Assembly: GCA_012799455.1 (NCBI GenBank)
Contig: JAAZLE010000091.1
Location: forward strand, 2,422 to 66,421
Origin: Clostridiales bacterium
Lineage (GTDB): Bacteria > Bacillota > Clostridia > Christensenellales > DTU072
Direction of reading: 5' to 3'
Length of the DNA stretch: 64,000 nt
Of this stretch, positions 9,248 through 18,427 are shown in pieces. Position 1 is the stretch's first letter. Every line of letters begins with the position of its first letter. Made by a program: the position numbers and the translations under genes. The notes beneath the pieces are model-generated. The model saw only the letters and a program-made list of their open reading frames with translations. It had not been told where the DNA came from and ran no database searches.

Positions 9248-9579
9248 TAAAATAGTCCTCCCATACCACCGGTGAAGGGTCCCATGATTTTTTCATGCTC
9301 TTCTTCTACAAGAGCGCTTGCTTCATTATAAGCTGCTATAATTAAATCTTCTAACATCTCGACATCATCTGGGTCCACAGCTTCGGGTTTAATTGTTATG
9401 CTAGAAAGTTTTCTGTCGCACGTCATAACAATTTCTACCATGCCGCCACCTGATGTTGCTACTACTTCGGTATTAGCTAGCTCTTCTTGTGCTTTTAATA
9501 AATCAGCTTGCATTTTTTGTGCTTGTTTCATAAGTTGTTGCATATTTGGCGCTCCGCCGCCACCACCATATCTTGCCAT
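9247..9579 (-). CDS. ybaB: Nucleoid-associated protein YbaB/EbfC
   Basis: Gly-rich N-terminus followed by NMQQLMKQAQKMQ..., 110 aa, positioned between dnaX and recR. Confidence 0.9.
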   Translation of the reverse strand: MARYGGGGGAPNMQQLMKQAQKMQADLLKAQEELANTEVVATSGGGMVEIVMTCDRKLSSITIKPEAVDPDDVEMLEDLIIAAYNEASALVEEEHEKIMGPFTGGMGGLF

Positions 9580-9647
9580 ATTAAACTCCTTTTAAAATTA
9601 TATTGTGTGCTTTTTAGCCTAAGTACTAGTTCAAGTAATTATCTTAT

Positions 9648-11381
9648 CTATTTATCATCATATTTTTTGTATGTAAATTTATCTCCAAACATGTCTTCTA
9701 TAAATGCCTTATCTTGTTCAGTCATGCCGGTAGCGCTATCTTTTGCTTGTATAAATGATATTTTCAACTTGTATTTTCCGTTGTCTATTGTTTTAATTAG
9801 TTTCTCTAGTTCATTGATAGACATATTTACTAATTTATATGAAGATTCTTCTTGAAAAACTATATTTAGGATGTTGTTAGCATCTAAAGAATAGTCTGCT
9901 ATCCGTTCAAATCCACTTTGCAAAAAGCGTTGAGTAGGGAAGTTAACCTTAACGAGTTCTATAAACTGAGTTAGTAATTTGTCTGCTTCGGGCGAATGGT
10001 TTTTTTCCTGAAAAACAGGGCCGTGTTCAGTAGCTCCAGAACTAATAATAGCTTGGAATCTACTGCTTACAGGAGGGGTAGAGACTTGTTCAGGTTTTAA
10101 GTTAGAAACATTATCTTGATTGCTAATTTGTTTTTTTTCTACTGTTGTGGGCTTTGCACTCTGTTGAGGAGCGGTTTTAGTAATTGTTGGATTTTGTATA
10201 GAGCTTGTTGCATTTTGACTGGAAGGAAAAGTTCCATGCTTAATTATGTTTTCTACAGCAGAAATACGGGATATAACGCTATCTATACTTGGTTCTGTAT
10301 AAATTGTTGCAGCTTTTACAAGATTTGCATCGAAAATTATGTTTTGTTGTGAACTATATCTTAATGAGTTTTCGCTAAGTGCTAAAATTTCTAAAATCCT
10401 AGATAGCTTATAGTTATCACATCTTGAAGCGAGGTTAGATATTTTTGCTAAATCCTCCTTGGAAAAAGTTCCAGTAAAGCTGGGTATGTTTTTTACACTC
10501 ATAATATTTCTAAAATATTCTGATAGTTCTCTGTTTAAAATTTCTATACCTTTACCTTTTTCATAAACTTCGTTGGTAATTTCTAATATTCTACCTACAT
10601 TAGAGTCTATAATAGCTTCAGCGAGCTCAAAAAGAGTGTTAGTCTGCAGAGAGCCTAAGACTTCTAAAACATCTTCAAACGTTAGTTTTTTTGGGGCATA
10701 TGACATACAACTATCAGCAATAGACAAAGTATCTCTAACACTACCAGCTCCATGAATAGCAATTTTTTCTACAGCAGGCATATCATACTTATATTTTTCA
10801 AGATCAAACACTTTAGCCAAATGATTTTGTAGTTCTTCCTTAGAAACCAGCCTGAAGTCAAAACGCATACATCTAGAAAGTATTGTCTGGGGAATTTTAT
10901 TTACTTCGGTTGTAGCTAAAATAAAGACTATATGTGCAGGGGGTTCTTCTAAAGTTTTTAGTAGGGCATTAAAAGCTGCCTGCGTCAACATATGTACTTC
11001 ATCAATGATGTAAACTTTATATTTTGCAACAGTGGGAGGAAACTGAACTTTTTCACGAAGGTCTCTGATACTGTCTACTCCGTTATTACTAGCTGCATCC
11101 ATTTCTACTACATCAAGGTTGCTTTCATTTGATAAAGCTAAACAAACCTCACATTTATTACATGGAGAGCCATTAATAGGATGCAAACAATTTAGCGCTT
11201 TTGCAAAAATTTTAGCCGAACTAGTCTTGCCAGTACCGCGAGTCCCAGTAAAAAGATAAGCGTGACTTACAGCCCCTGCATTAATTTGATTAATCAAGGT
11301 TGTCACAATGTGGTTTTGTCCAATAACTTTATCCCAAGTATCTGGACGATATTTTCTATAAAGTGAAACAAATTCTGCCAT
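9648..11381 (-). CDS. dnaX: DNA polymerase III subunit tau (gamma/tau), DnaX
   Basis: YRKYRP...W..V.GQ, Walker A GTRGTGKTS, zinc module C-x-C (CNKCEVC), DEVHML, SRC motif (LSRCMRFDF). A P/Q/S/T-rich linker and C-terminal tau region follow. ATG 11381 is preferred over the TTG at 11387. Confidence 0.95.
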   Translation of the reverse strand: MAEFVSLYRKYRPDTWDKVIGQNHIVTTLINQINAGAVSHAYLFTGTRGTGKTSSAKIFAKALNCLHPINGSPCNKCEVCLALSNESNLDVVEMDAASNNGVDSIRDLREKVQFPPTVAKYKVYIIDEVHMLTQAAFNALLKTLEEPPAHIVFILATTEVNKIPQTILSRCMRFDFRLVSKEELQNHLAKVFDLEKYKYDMPAVEKIAIHGAGSVRDTLSIADSCMSYAPKKLTFEDVLEVLGSLQTNTLFELAEAIIDSNVGRILEITNEVYEKGKGIEILNRELSEYFRNIMSVKNIPSFTGTFSKEDLAKISNLASRCDNYKLSRILEILALSENSLRYSSQQNIIFDANLVKAATIYTEPSIDSVISRISAVENIIKHGTFPSSQNATSSIQNPTITKTAPQQSAKPTTVEKKQISNQDNVSNLKPEQVSTPPVSSRFQAIISSGATEHGPVFQEKNHSPEADKLLTQFIELVKVNFPTQRFLQSGFERIADYSLDANNILNIVFQEESSYKLVNMSINELEKLIKTIDNGKYKLKISFIQAKDSATGMTEQDKAFIEDMFGDKFTYKKYDDK

Positions 11382-11388
11382 AAACAAG

Positions 11389-11397
11389 ATTATACCA
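11389..11397 (-). promoter_or_regulatory. Extended -10 element (TGgTATAAT) immediately upstream of the dnaX start codon
   Basis: The minus strand reads TGGTATAAT-CTTGTTT-ATG. There are only 7 nt between the -10 hexamer and the ATG, and no SD. Confidence 0.45.
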
Positions 11398-11621
11398 TAA
11401 ATAATGGTGATTTATAATTATTTTTTATTTTAGGGCATTAATTGATGCCATTTTTACTTAAGTCGCACTAATTTATATATGTAGATGCTAGATTTTTGCT
11501 GAGTGTTACTTTAGTGATTGTATTTGCGAGCATACATCTTCAAGTTTGTCTTGCTTTTTTAGTTACTAATTAGCATTGTTAGTTTTTATGGAAGACGATA
11601 ATATTCTTTGTCTTTATTTAA

Positions 11622-13145
11622 TTATTGTTGTTTTAAGTTCATGCTTGACATGAATTTATCGAAAGCCTTAACACCTTGTTCATCGTGTTTAAAGGCTGCA
11701 GTGCATCTTAAAATATCCACGCATTTATGGTTGATGTAGTCTTTAACTGCTTGTTTAGCTTCATCTTCTGTTAGTTCTAGTCCATTATCATTTGAAAGCT
11801 GCATTACCATTCCTAAATGTTTAAACAGAGGATGATCTTCTTTTGTAAGTTCCTGGAAGTTTAATGGAGTTTTCCCAGTTAAAATATCAACAATTAATTT
11901 ACATTCTCTGTCTAGGCGACCAGGAAGTATATACAAGCCCATTGCTTCAATTAGACCGATTCCTTCTTTTTTGATGTTATGCATATCTTCAGTAGGATGG
12001 AATATACCATATGGATGTTCTTTGTCTGTTCTATTGTTACGAAGAATGAGATATAGAGAATATCCATTTGATTTATCGTATGTAGCAATGACCGTAATAG
12101 TATTATGTTGTTCTGTAGTTTTAGCTAAAATATGGACGCTTTCATCGGAATAAGTTTTCCACGCATTTAGAATCTCTTCCGCCTGATTTTCAAGTTCTCT
12201 CCTATTCAATGAGGTTAATTTTATTACGGAATTATACCAATCAAGTATAGAGATACCAACCGCAGGATGGTTTTGTGAGTAGTAGTATGTCTTATTGTTT
12301 CTTTCAAACATAGGTAGAACTTTTGAACCGCCTTGATAGTGTTCGTGAGATAAAATTGACCCGCCAACAATTGGTAAGTCAGAGTTGCTTCCCATAAAGT
12401 AATGTGGAAACATTTCAACAAAATCCAAAAGTCGTACAAAAGTATTTCTGTCTACTTTCATTGGTCTATGATCGTCAGCTACTGCTATACAGTGGTTATC
12501 AAAGTAAACATATGGTGAAAACTGTAAAAACCATGGTTCGTCGTTTAAATAAAAAGGAATCAACCTCAAGGTGTCTCTTTTTCCAGAAAGTCCTAGGTTT
12601 TCTAAACAAATAGGGCATTTAGGATATTTGTCTTGTGGCGCAACTCTTTGTGCTGCTACTTGTTTATTATCTTTTTCGGGCTTAGCTAAATTAATAGAAA
12701 CAATGATGGCTCCATCTGGTAAATCAACTTTCCATACTAGATTTTTACGAATATCAACATGGCGCAGATAATTAGAGTTCCATCCTAAATCATTTAGATA
12801 CTTGCAAGCAGCTTCAGTTCCTTGCGTTGCAGCGATGGAGTCGAATTCAGATATGACATTACTAGGGCTAGGGGTAACAAGACCCATAATTTTAGTTTCA
12901 AAAGCAAGACTATCATCTTCTGTTGTTAACTTGTTATCTATTGCGTAGCGAATAATTGGTTCAAGTATGCCAGTTTGTAGCGCTGGTATAGGCTTAGATG
13001 GAGATTCGGGCTTTTGAAGCGAAAAAAGTGCTATTAGAGCATTATGTGCATATATTGCATCGTATTTATCTAAACCTAGATTTGCTTTTGCATATTCTAC
13101 TAAATTTGCAATGTTTACGCCAATTGATGGTGTCGTTTTTTTCAT
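11622..13145 (-). CDS. galT: Galactose-1-phosphate uridylyltransferase (type 2, Gram-positive form)
   Basis: About 500-aa GalT family-2 architecture with KCPICLENLG and SILSHEHYQGG motifs. Divergent from a galactokinase gene. Confidence 0.88.
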   Translation of the reverse strand: MKKTTPSIGVNIANLVEYAKANLGLDKYDAIYAHNALIALFSLQKPESPSKPIPALQTGILEPIIRYAIDNKLTTEDDSLAFETKIMGLVTPSPSNVISEFDSIAATQGTEAACKYLNDLGWNSNYLRHVDIRKNLVWKVDLPDGAIIVSINLAKPEKDNKQVAAQRVAPQDKYPKCPICLENLGLSGKRDTLRLIPFYLNDEPWFLQFSPYVYFDNHCIAVADDHRPMKVDRNTFVRLLDFVEMFPHYFMGSNSDLPIVGGSILSHEHYQGGSKVLPMFERNNKTYYYSQNHPAVGISILDWYNSVIKLTSLNRRELENQAEEILNAWKTYSDESVHILAKTTEQHNTITVIATYDKSNGYSLYLILRNNRTDKEHPYGIFHPTEDMHNIKKEGIGLIEAMGLYILPGRLDRECKLIVDILTGKTPLNFQELTKEDHPLFKHLGMVMQLSNDNGLELTEDEAKQAVKDYINHKCVDILRCTAAFKHDEQGVKAFDKFMSSMNLKQQ

Positions 13146-13452
13146 AATCGTACCTCGTAAATGTTATATGTTTGTATGATTCTAACGGTAATAAGTTGAT
13201 AGTTAGACTGTTATTTTTGACGCAATAGCTGACCATAAATATCGTTTATAGATTGGCTATTGAAAGTTGCTTTCTGCAATAAGTACCAAGAAAGGATTGG
13301 GATTCATAAAGTCAGCATTTTTATCATAATGTAACTGTTTGGCGCATATAATAATCACCTATCGCAAGATGAACTTGAATCTAGATTAATATAGTTGGAA
13401 AATATTAGATGCTAAACCTCAAAACATAATGAAATAATCCCACCATTCAAGT

Positions 13453-13482
13453 TTGCAAAAGCAAGCCTTATTATGGTATAAT
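13453..13482 (+). promoter_or_regulatory. Candidate sigma-A promoter for galK
   Basis: TTGCAA (13453-13458), 18-nt spacer, extended -10 TGgTATAAT (13474-13482), about 37 nt upstream of the galK ATG, which has a GGAGGAG SD. Confidence 0.5.
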
Positions 13483-13519
13483 TTGCCTCACATAACCATT
13501 ATACATACGTGGAGGAGAA

Positions 13520-14782
13520 ATGGCAATTCGATACGAGAAAAAATCTCTTTTAAATAATTCAAAGTTTAGTCAAATAAGCAATGAAATATATAATGTTGAC
13601 ATTGATACCGCCGCAGAAAGAGTGGCGTTTATAGCGTCAAAACACATAGAAAAAGTTAAGGGTAATGTTGATATTTTCAGTTCTCCAGGCAGAATAGAAA
13701 TGATAGGCAATCACACTGACCACAATCATGGTGAGGTTTTAGCAGCAGCAGTTTCGGTAGACCTTTTAGCAGCTGTTACAAAAACAAATGATAATATTGT
13801 TACTATTAATAGCGTTGGGTATCCTATTGTAACAGTTGATTTAAACGACTTAAAAATAAACAAAACTGAGTTTGGTGATTCATCTGCGTTAGTGAGAGGG
13901 GTTGCAAAAGGGTTTATAGATAGAGGGTACAAAGTAGGTGGGTTTTATGCTACCACAACATCAGATGTTTTCAAAGGAGCAGGCATGAGTAGCTCTGCAG
14001 CGTTTGAGCTATTAGTATCTGAGATTTTTAATGTGTACTACAATGGTGGTATTGTTGATCCGATAACAAAAGCGATTATATCTCAATTTGCAGAAAATGT
14101 TTATTTTGGAAAACCTTCTGGGCTTATGGACCAATCAGCAATATCGTTTGGGGGTATTAGTCACATAGATTTTCAAGATCCTAAAAACCCTATTGCGGAG
14201 AAGGTGGAATGGCCTTTTAAAGACATCTCTGTAGCGGTCGTAAATTGCGGAGGAGATCACGCAAACTTAACTCCAGAATATGCAGCAATAAGAACAGAGA
14301 TGGAAAAAGTAGCCCAAATATATGGTGTAACTACGCTAAGAGATGTTCCGGAGCAAGAGTTTTACGATAAGTTGCCCATTGTTAAAGAGAAGGTTTCGGG
14401 AAGAGCTATTTTAAGAAGTATCCACTTCTTTGATGAAAATAAAAGGGTAAGAAAAGTATACCAGGCCCTGAAAGAAAAAAACAAAGAAGATGTTTTTGGT
14501 GGGGTCAATGAATCGGGAAGAAGTTCATATGCAAAATTACAAAATTGCTACCCAGAACATGACCATTCTCAGACAATTCCGCTAGCGTTAGCAATTGCAG
14601 AGAAGACACCTGGAGTAGTTGCATCTAGAGTCCATGGTGGGGGATTTGCCGGTACGATACTTGTCTTTGTAGAGACCAATGAAATGAAAGGCTTCATTGA
14701 CATAATGTCCAAGTTTTTTGGCGCTGATAACATTTATGACCTAAAGATTAGAAACTCTGGTGTAACAAAGTTAGATTTCTAA
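13520..14782 (+). CDS. galK: Galactokinase (GHMP kinase family, clostridial-type)
   Basis: SPGRIEMIGNHTDHNHG galactokinase signature variant, GHMP ATP-binding motif GAGMSSSAAFE, about 420 aa. Divergently paired with galT. Confidence 0.82.
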   Translation: MAIRYEKKSLLNNSKFSQISNEIYNVDIDTAAERVAFIASKHIEKVKGNVDIFSSPGRIEMIGNHTDHNHGEVLAAAVSVDLLAAVTKTNDNIVTINSVGYPIVTVDLNDLKINKTEFGDSSALVRGVAKGFIDRGYKVGGFYATTTSDVFKGAGMSSSAAFELLVSEIFNVYYNGGIVDPITKAIISQFAENVYFGKPSGLMDQSAISFGGISHIDFQDPKNPIAEKVEWPFKDISVAVVNCGGDHANLTPEYAAIRTEMEKVAQIYGVTTLRDVPEQEFYDKLPIVKEKVSGRAILRSIHFFDENKRVRKVYQALKEKNKEDVFGGVNESGRSSYAKLQNCYPEHDHSQTIPLALAIAEKTPGVVASRVHGGGFAGTILVFVETNEMKGFIDIMSKFFGADNIYDLKIRNSGVTKLDF

Positions 14783-15051
14783 TAAAACCAAGAATTAGGG
14801 ACTTAATCGTAGGTTTGGTATATAACTTGCTGCAAAAAAGACTATGCAATAAGCTTTGGTATTAATTAGGGCGCAATAGGCGTATAATTATACATGGTGG
14901 CTTGTTATGATTAGAATAATAGAATCTTGGGGCTATCAGGTGAAATAAGGATGTATATTAGGGTTTTATTGCAATTAATAACGGGTTTCACGTTGCGGCG
15001 TGACAGGAGCGTGTTAAATGCAGTGGCTATCTGTGACAAGAGGAGTATAAA

Positions 15052-16470
15052 ATGAGAAATTTAACTTTATTAACAGATTTATATGAGTTAACAATGATGA
15101 ATGGTTATCTGGAAAGCGGGATGGCTGAAAGAGAAGCCGTGTTTGATTTGTTTTTTAGAAAGACTGAGTACATAGATTTTGCTTTAGTTGCGGGTTTAGA
15201 GCAGGCGATTGATTACATTAAAAATCTAAATTTTTCTGAAGATGATATTAAATACCTAAAGTCGTTAAACTTGTTTGGTCCTAAGTTTTTTGAAAGAATA
15301 AAGGACTTTAAGTTTACTGGCGATATATATGCTATGCGCGAAGGTGAGATAGCATTTCCTTCAGAGCCAATTTTAACTGTAAAAGCTACACTTTTTGAGG
15401 CGCAGTTAATTGAATCTGCCCTTTTAAATATCATAAACCATCAAACGCTAATTGCTACAAAAACAATGAAGATAACCCAGGAAACTAAGGGTGGAGTTGC
15501 AGAGTTTGGCTTACGTAGAGCGCAAGGTCCTGATGCTGGCATATATGGCAGTAGAGCAAGCATTATAGGAGGATGTAAGTCTACATCAAATGTTTTAGCT
15601 GGCAAAATGTTCAATATTCCAGTTAGCGGGACTCATGCACATAGTTGGGTTATGAGTTTTAAAAATGAAATTGATGCGTTTAGAGCATATGCAAAACTTT
15701 ATCCGAAAGCATGTATTTTATTAGTAGACACATATGATACTCTCGGTAGCGGCGTCCCTAATGCAATAGCAGTGTTTAAGGAGTTGAGAGAAAAGGGCTA
15801 CGAGCCTATTGGAATTAGAATAGATAGTGGAGATTTAGCATATTTAACAAAGGCTGCAAGAAAACAATTAGATGATGCTGGGTTTAAAAACGCAAAGATT
15901 TTTGCATCTGGCGATATAGATGAAGAAATAATAATGTCTTTAAAGAGCCAGCAAGCAAAAATTGATAGTTGGGGTATTGGAACTAAGTTAATAACTGGTC
16001 ACCCAGTTTCTGCTCTAGGTGGCGTTTACAAGTTGGTTGCGATTGAAGAAGATGGGGTTTTAATGCCCAAAATTAAGATATCAGACACTTTAGAAAAGAT
16101 GACTTTACCAGGGTTTAAAACGGTATATAGAATTTATTCCGAGGGAAAAGCTGCTGCGGATTTAATATCGCTTAGAGAGGAAAAGTTTGACACAAGTAAG
16201 CCTTTAACAATATTCCATCCCGTGGAAACATGGAAACAAAAAACTTTTGATAGCTATGAAATGAGAGAATTGTTAGTTCCCGTATTCATAAAAGGAGAAC
16301 AGGTTTATAAAGTTCCCGCTTTGGAACAGACTGTAAAATATGCTCAAAAAGGTATTGATGAATTCTGGGAAGAGTATTTAAGAATGCATAATCCTCACAT
16401 ATATAAAGTAGACCACTCGGATGGATTATACGATTTGCGTAAGAAATTACTTTATGCAAGTAAAAAATAA
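15052..16470 (+). CDS. pncB: Nicotinate phosphoribosyltransferase
   Basis: The N-terminus LLTDLYELTMMNGY and the GTHAHSWVMSF motif are characteristic of NAPRTase. About 472 aa. Strong SD AAGAGGAG. Confidence 0.9.
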   Translation: MRNLTLLTDLYELTMMNGYLESGMAEREAVFDLFFRKTEYIDFALVAGLEQAIDYIKNLNFSEDDIKYLKSLNLFGPKFFERIKDFKFTGDIYAMREGEIAFPSEPILTVKATLFEAQLIESALLNIINHQTLIATKTMKITQETKGGVAEFGLRRAQGPDAGIYGSRASIIGGCKSTSNVLAGKMFNIPVSGTHAHSWVMSFKNEIDAFRAYAKLYPKACILLVDTYDTLGSGVPNAIAVFKELREKGYEPIGIRIDSGDLAYLTKAARKQLDDAGFKNAKIFASGDIDEEIIMSLKSQQAKIDSWGIGTKLITGHPVSALGGVYKLVAIEEDGVLMPKIKISDTLEKMTLPGFKTVYRIYSEGKAAADLISLREEKFDTSKPLTIFHPVETWKQKTFDSYEMRELLVPVFIKGEQVYKVPALEQTVKYAQKGIDEFWEEYLRMHNPHIYKVDHSDGLYDLRKKLLYASKK

Positions 16471-16474
16471 AAAC

Positions 16475-16651
16475 TTTGTACAAGTACGCGGTACTTAAGA
16501 GGCATGTAAAACTAAATACTAGAGGTGAAAATAATTTTGTACAAGTATACTGTGCTTTGAAAAATACAAAACTAAAGACTAGAGATAAAGAAAGTTGTAC
16601 GAGTAGGCTGTACTTAGAAATATATAAAACTAAATACTAGAGAGGTGTAAA
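16475..16651 (+). repeat. Three tandem, diverged ~57-61-bp direct repeats forming the whole pncB-pepF intergenic leader
   Basis: Units are 16475-16535, 16536-16594 and 16595-16651. Conserved blocks are TTGTAC(A/G)AGTA..., GT(A/G)CTT and AAAACTAAA(T/G)ACTAGAG. Unit 1 contains the perfect palindrome AAGTACgcgGTACTT. The third unit supplies the pepF SD (AGAGAGGTG). Confidence 0.85.
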
Positions 16652-18427
16652 ATGTTAAGAAAAGATGTTCCAGTAAATCGCACATGGGATACAACAGGGC
16701 TGTACGCAAATGAAGAAGCATTTGAAAAGGCATTAGAGCGAGCAAATGAACTGCTAAAAGAATTTGATGCGTATCAAGGAAAACTAAATAAAGATAACGC
16801 TATTGACTGTTTAAATTTAACAGTGGAAGCAGAGCGTTTAGGAAGTAGATTATATGTTTATGCAATGATGAAAAGGGATGAAAACACTGCTCTTCCAGAA
16901 AATCAGGCAAGAATAGGAAAGGTTCATATGCTACTTACAATGTTTAGTTCCAAACTATCATTTATAAGCCCAGAACTATCCGCACTCGATGATAGCGTAT
17001 TAGAAGAAATGAAAAATGATGCTAAATATGCAGATTTTAGTGTTGTGCTATATGACATCATAAGACAGAAAAAACATATTTTGAGTGAAAAAGAAGAGAA
17101 GGTTTTAGCTGAAGTGTCCGCGTTTTCTTCGGGTTATCAAGAAGTTTTTACTATGTTTGATAACGCCGATTTAAAATTTGACGATGTTTTAGACTCTGAA
17201 GGTAAATCTCATCCATTATCGCATGGAAATTATGCTGTGTACTTAGAAAGTAAAGACCCTGTGCTTAGAAAAAATGCATTCAAGGAATATTATAAGCGTT
17301 ACATAGCATTTATAAATACAGTTGGTACGACTTACATATCCTCAGTCAAAAAGGATAGTGCTCTTGCAAAAATAAGAAAGTATGAAAGTGCTTTGGCAAG
17401 CGCTTTATTCAACGAAGATGTTCCAGTAGAAGTATATAATAATCTGGTTGAATCTGTTAGAAAGAATACCCCGAAGATGCATGAGTATATAAAACTTAGA
17501 AAAGAAATATTAGGACTAGATGAAATGCATATGTATGATATGTATGTAGCCTTAAGTAAAGACGTTACTATGGAATTAGAGTATGAAGATGCATACGAAC
17601 TGGTGTGTAAAGCACTAGCACCTCTGGGTGATGAATATAACAAGATTTTGAAAAAGGCTTATAAAAATAGATGGATAGACGTTTACGAAACTGAAAATAA
17701 AAGAAGTGGAGCATACTCGGTTAGCATATACGATCATACGCCATTTGTTTTGCTTAACTATACCAAAACAACTTCTGATATCTTTACAATCGCTCACGAG
17801 ATGGGGCATGCAATTCACTCATATATGTCTAATGCCGCTCAACCTTTTTCTAAGGCGGACTATAAAATATTTGTCGCAGAAGTAGCAAGTACTGTAAACG
17901 AAGTGTTAATGCTCAAATATCTATTGAAATCAGCTGATGAAAAAATGAGGGAGTTTTTATTAAATTACTTCATCAGTATGGTTCGTACTACATTATTTAG
18001 ACAAACGATGTTTGCAGAGTTTGAAAAGTTTGCACATGAGACATATGAGCAGCTTAAGCCTGTAACGCCAGATTTACTAAACGAGGAATATTTAAGGCTC
18101 AATAAGGCTTATTATGGTCCTGGTGTAGAGCATGATAAAGAAATATCATATGAGTGGATGAGAATACCTCATTTTTATAGAGCATTTTATGTGTACAAAT
18201 ATGCCACTGGAATAACTGCCGCTATTAATATTGCAAACAAAGTGCTTGAGGAGGGTGCAGATTATGTTCCTAAGTATTTTAAAATGCTATCAGCAGGATG
18301 TTCTCTTCCTCCAGTAGAAATTTTAAAACTTGCTGATGTTGATCTCATGAGTGAAGAACCTTTTGAAATCGCCATGAATGAGTTTGCAAGTGCAGTTAAT
18401 GAGCTTAAAAAACTAAAAAGCAAGTAG
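16652..18427 (+). CDS. pepF: Oligoendopeptidase F (M3B metallopeptidase)
   Basis: HEMGH zinc motif in the context FTIAHEMGHAIHSY, about 591 aa, N-terminal W.....Y pattern typical of PepF. Confidence 0.9.
   Translation: MLRKDVPVNRTWDTTGLYANEEAFEKALERANELLKEFDAYQGKLNKDNAIDCLNLTVEAERLGSRLYVYAMMKRDENTALPENQARIGKVHMLLTMFSSKLSFISPELSALDDSVLEEMKNDAKYADFSVVLYDIIRQKKHILSEKEEKVLAEVSAFSSGYQEVFTMFDNADLKFDDVLDSEGKSHPLSHGNYAVYLESKDPVLRKNAFKEYYKRYIAFINTVGTTYISSVKKDSALAKIRKYESALASALFNEDVPVEVYNNLVESVRKNTPKMHEYIKLRKEILGLDEMHMYDMYVALSKDVTMELEYEDAYELVCKALAPLGDEYNKILKKAYKNRWIDVYETENKRSGAYSVSIYDHTPFVLLNYTKTTSDIFTIAHEMGHAIHSYMSNAAQPFSKADYKIFVAEVASTVNEVLMLKYLLKSADEKMREFLLNYFISMVRTTLFRQTMFAEFEKFAHETYEQLKPVTPDLLNEEYLRLNKAYYGPGVEHDKEISYEWMRIPHFYRAFYVYKYATGITAAINIANKVLEEGADYVPKYFKMLSAGCSLPPVEILKLADVDLMSEEPFEIAMNEFASAVNELKKLKSK

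Noticed and set aside
11388-11621. Expected SRP (4.5S/scRNA) gene upstream of dnaX.
   Set aside because: The spacer is AT-rich and lacks a GC-rich extended hairpin or the conserved domain IV motifs. No RNA gene could be supported.
16475-16651. Possible mini-CRISPR array, because of three regularly spaced repeats.
   Set aside because: The units are contiguous with no unique spacers. They are about 60 bp long and only about 75% identical, and there are no cas genes nearby. It is a tandem duplication of a leader region, not CRISPR.
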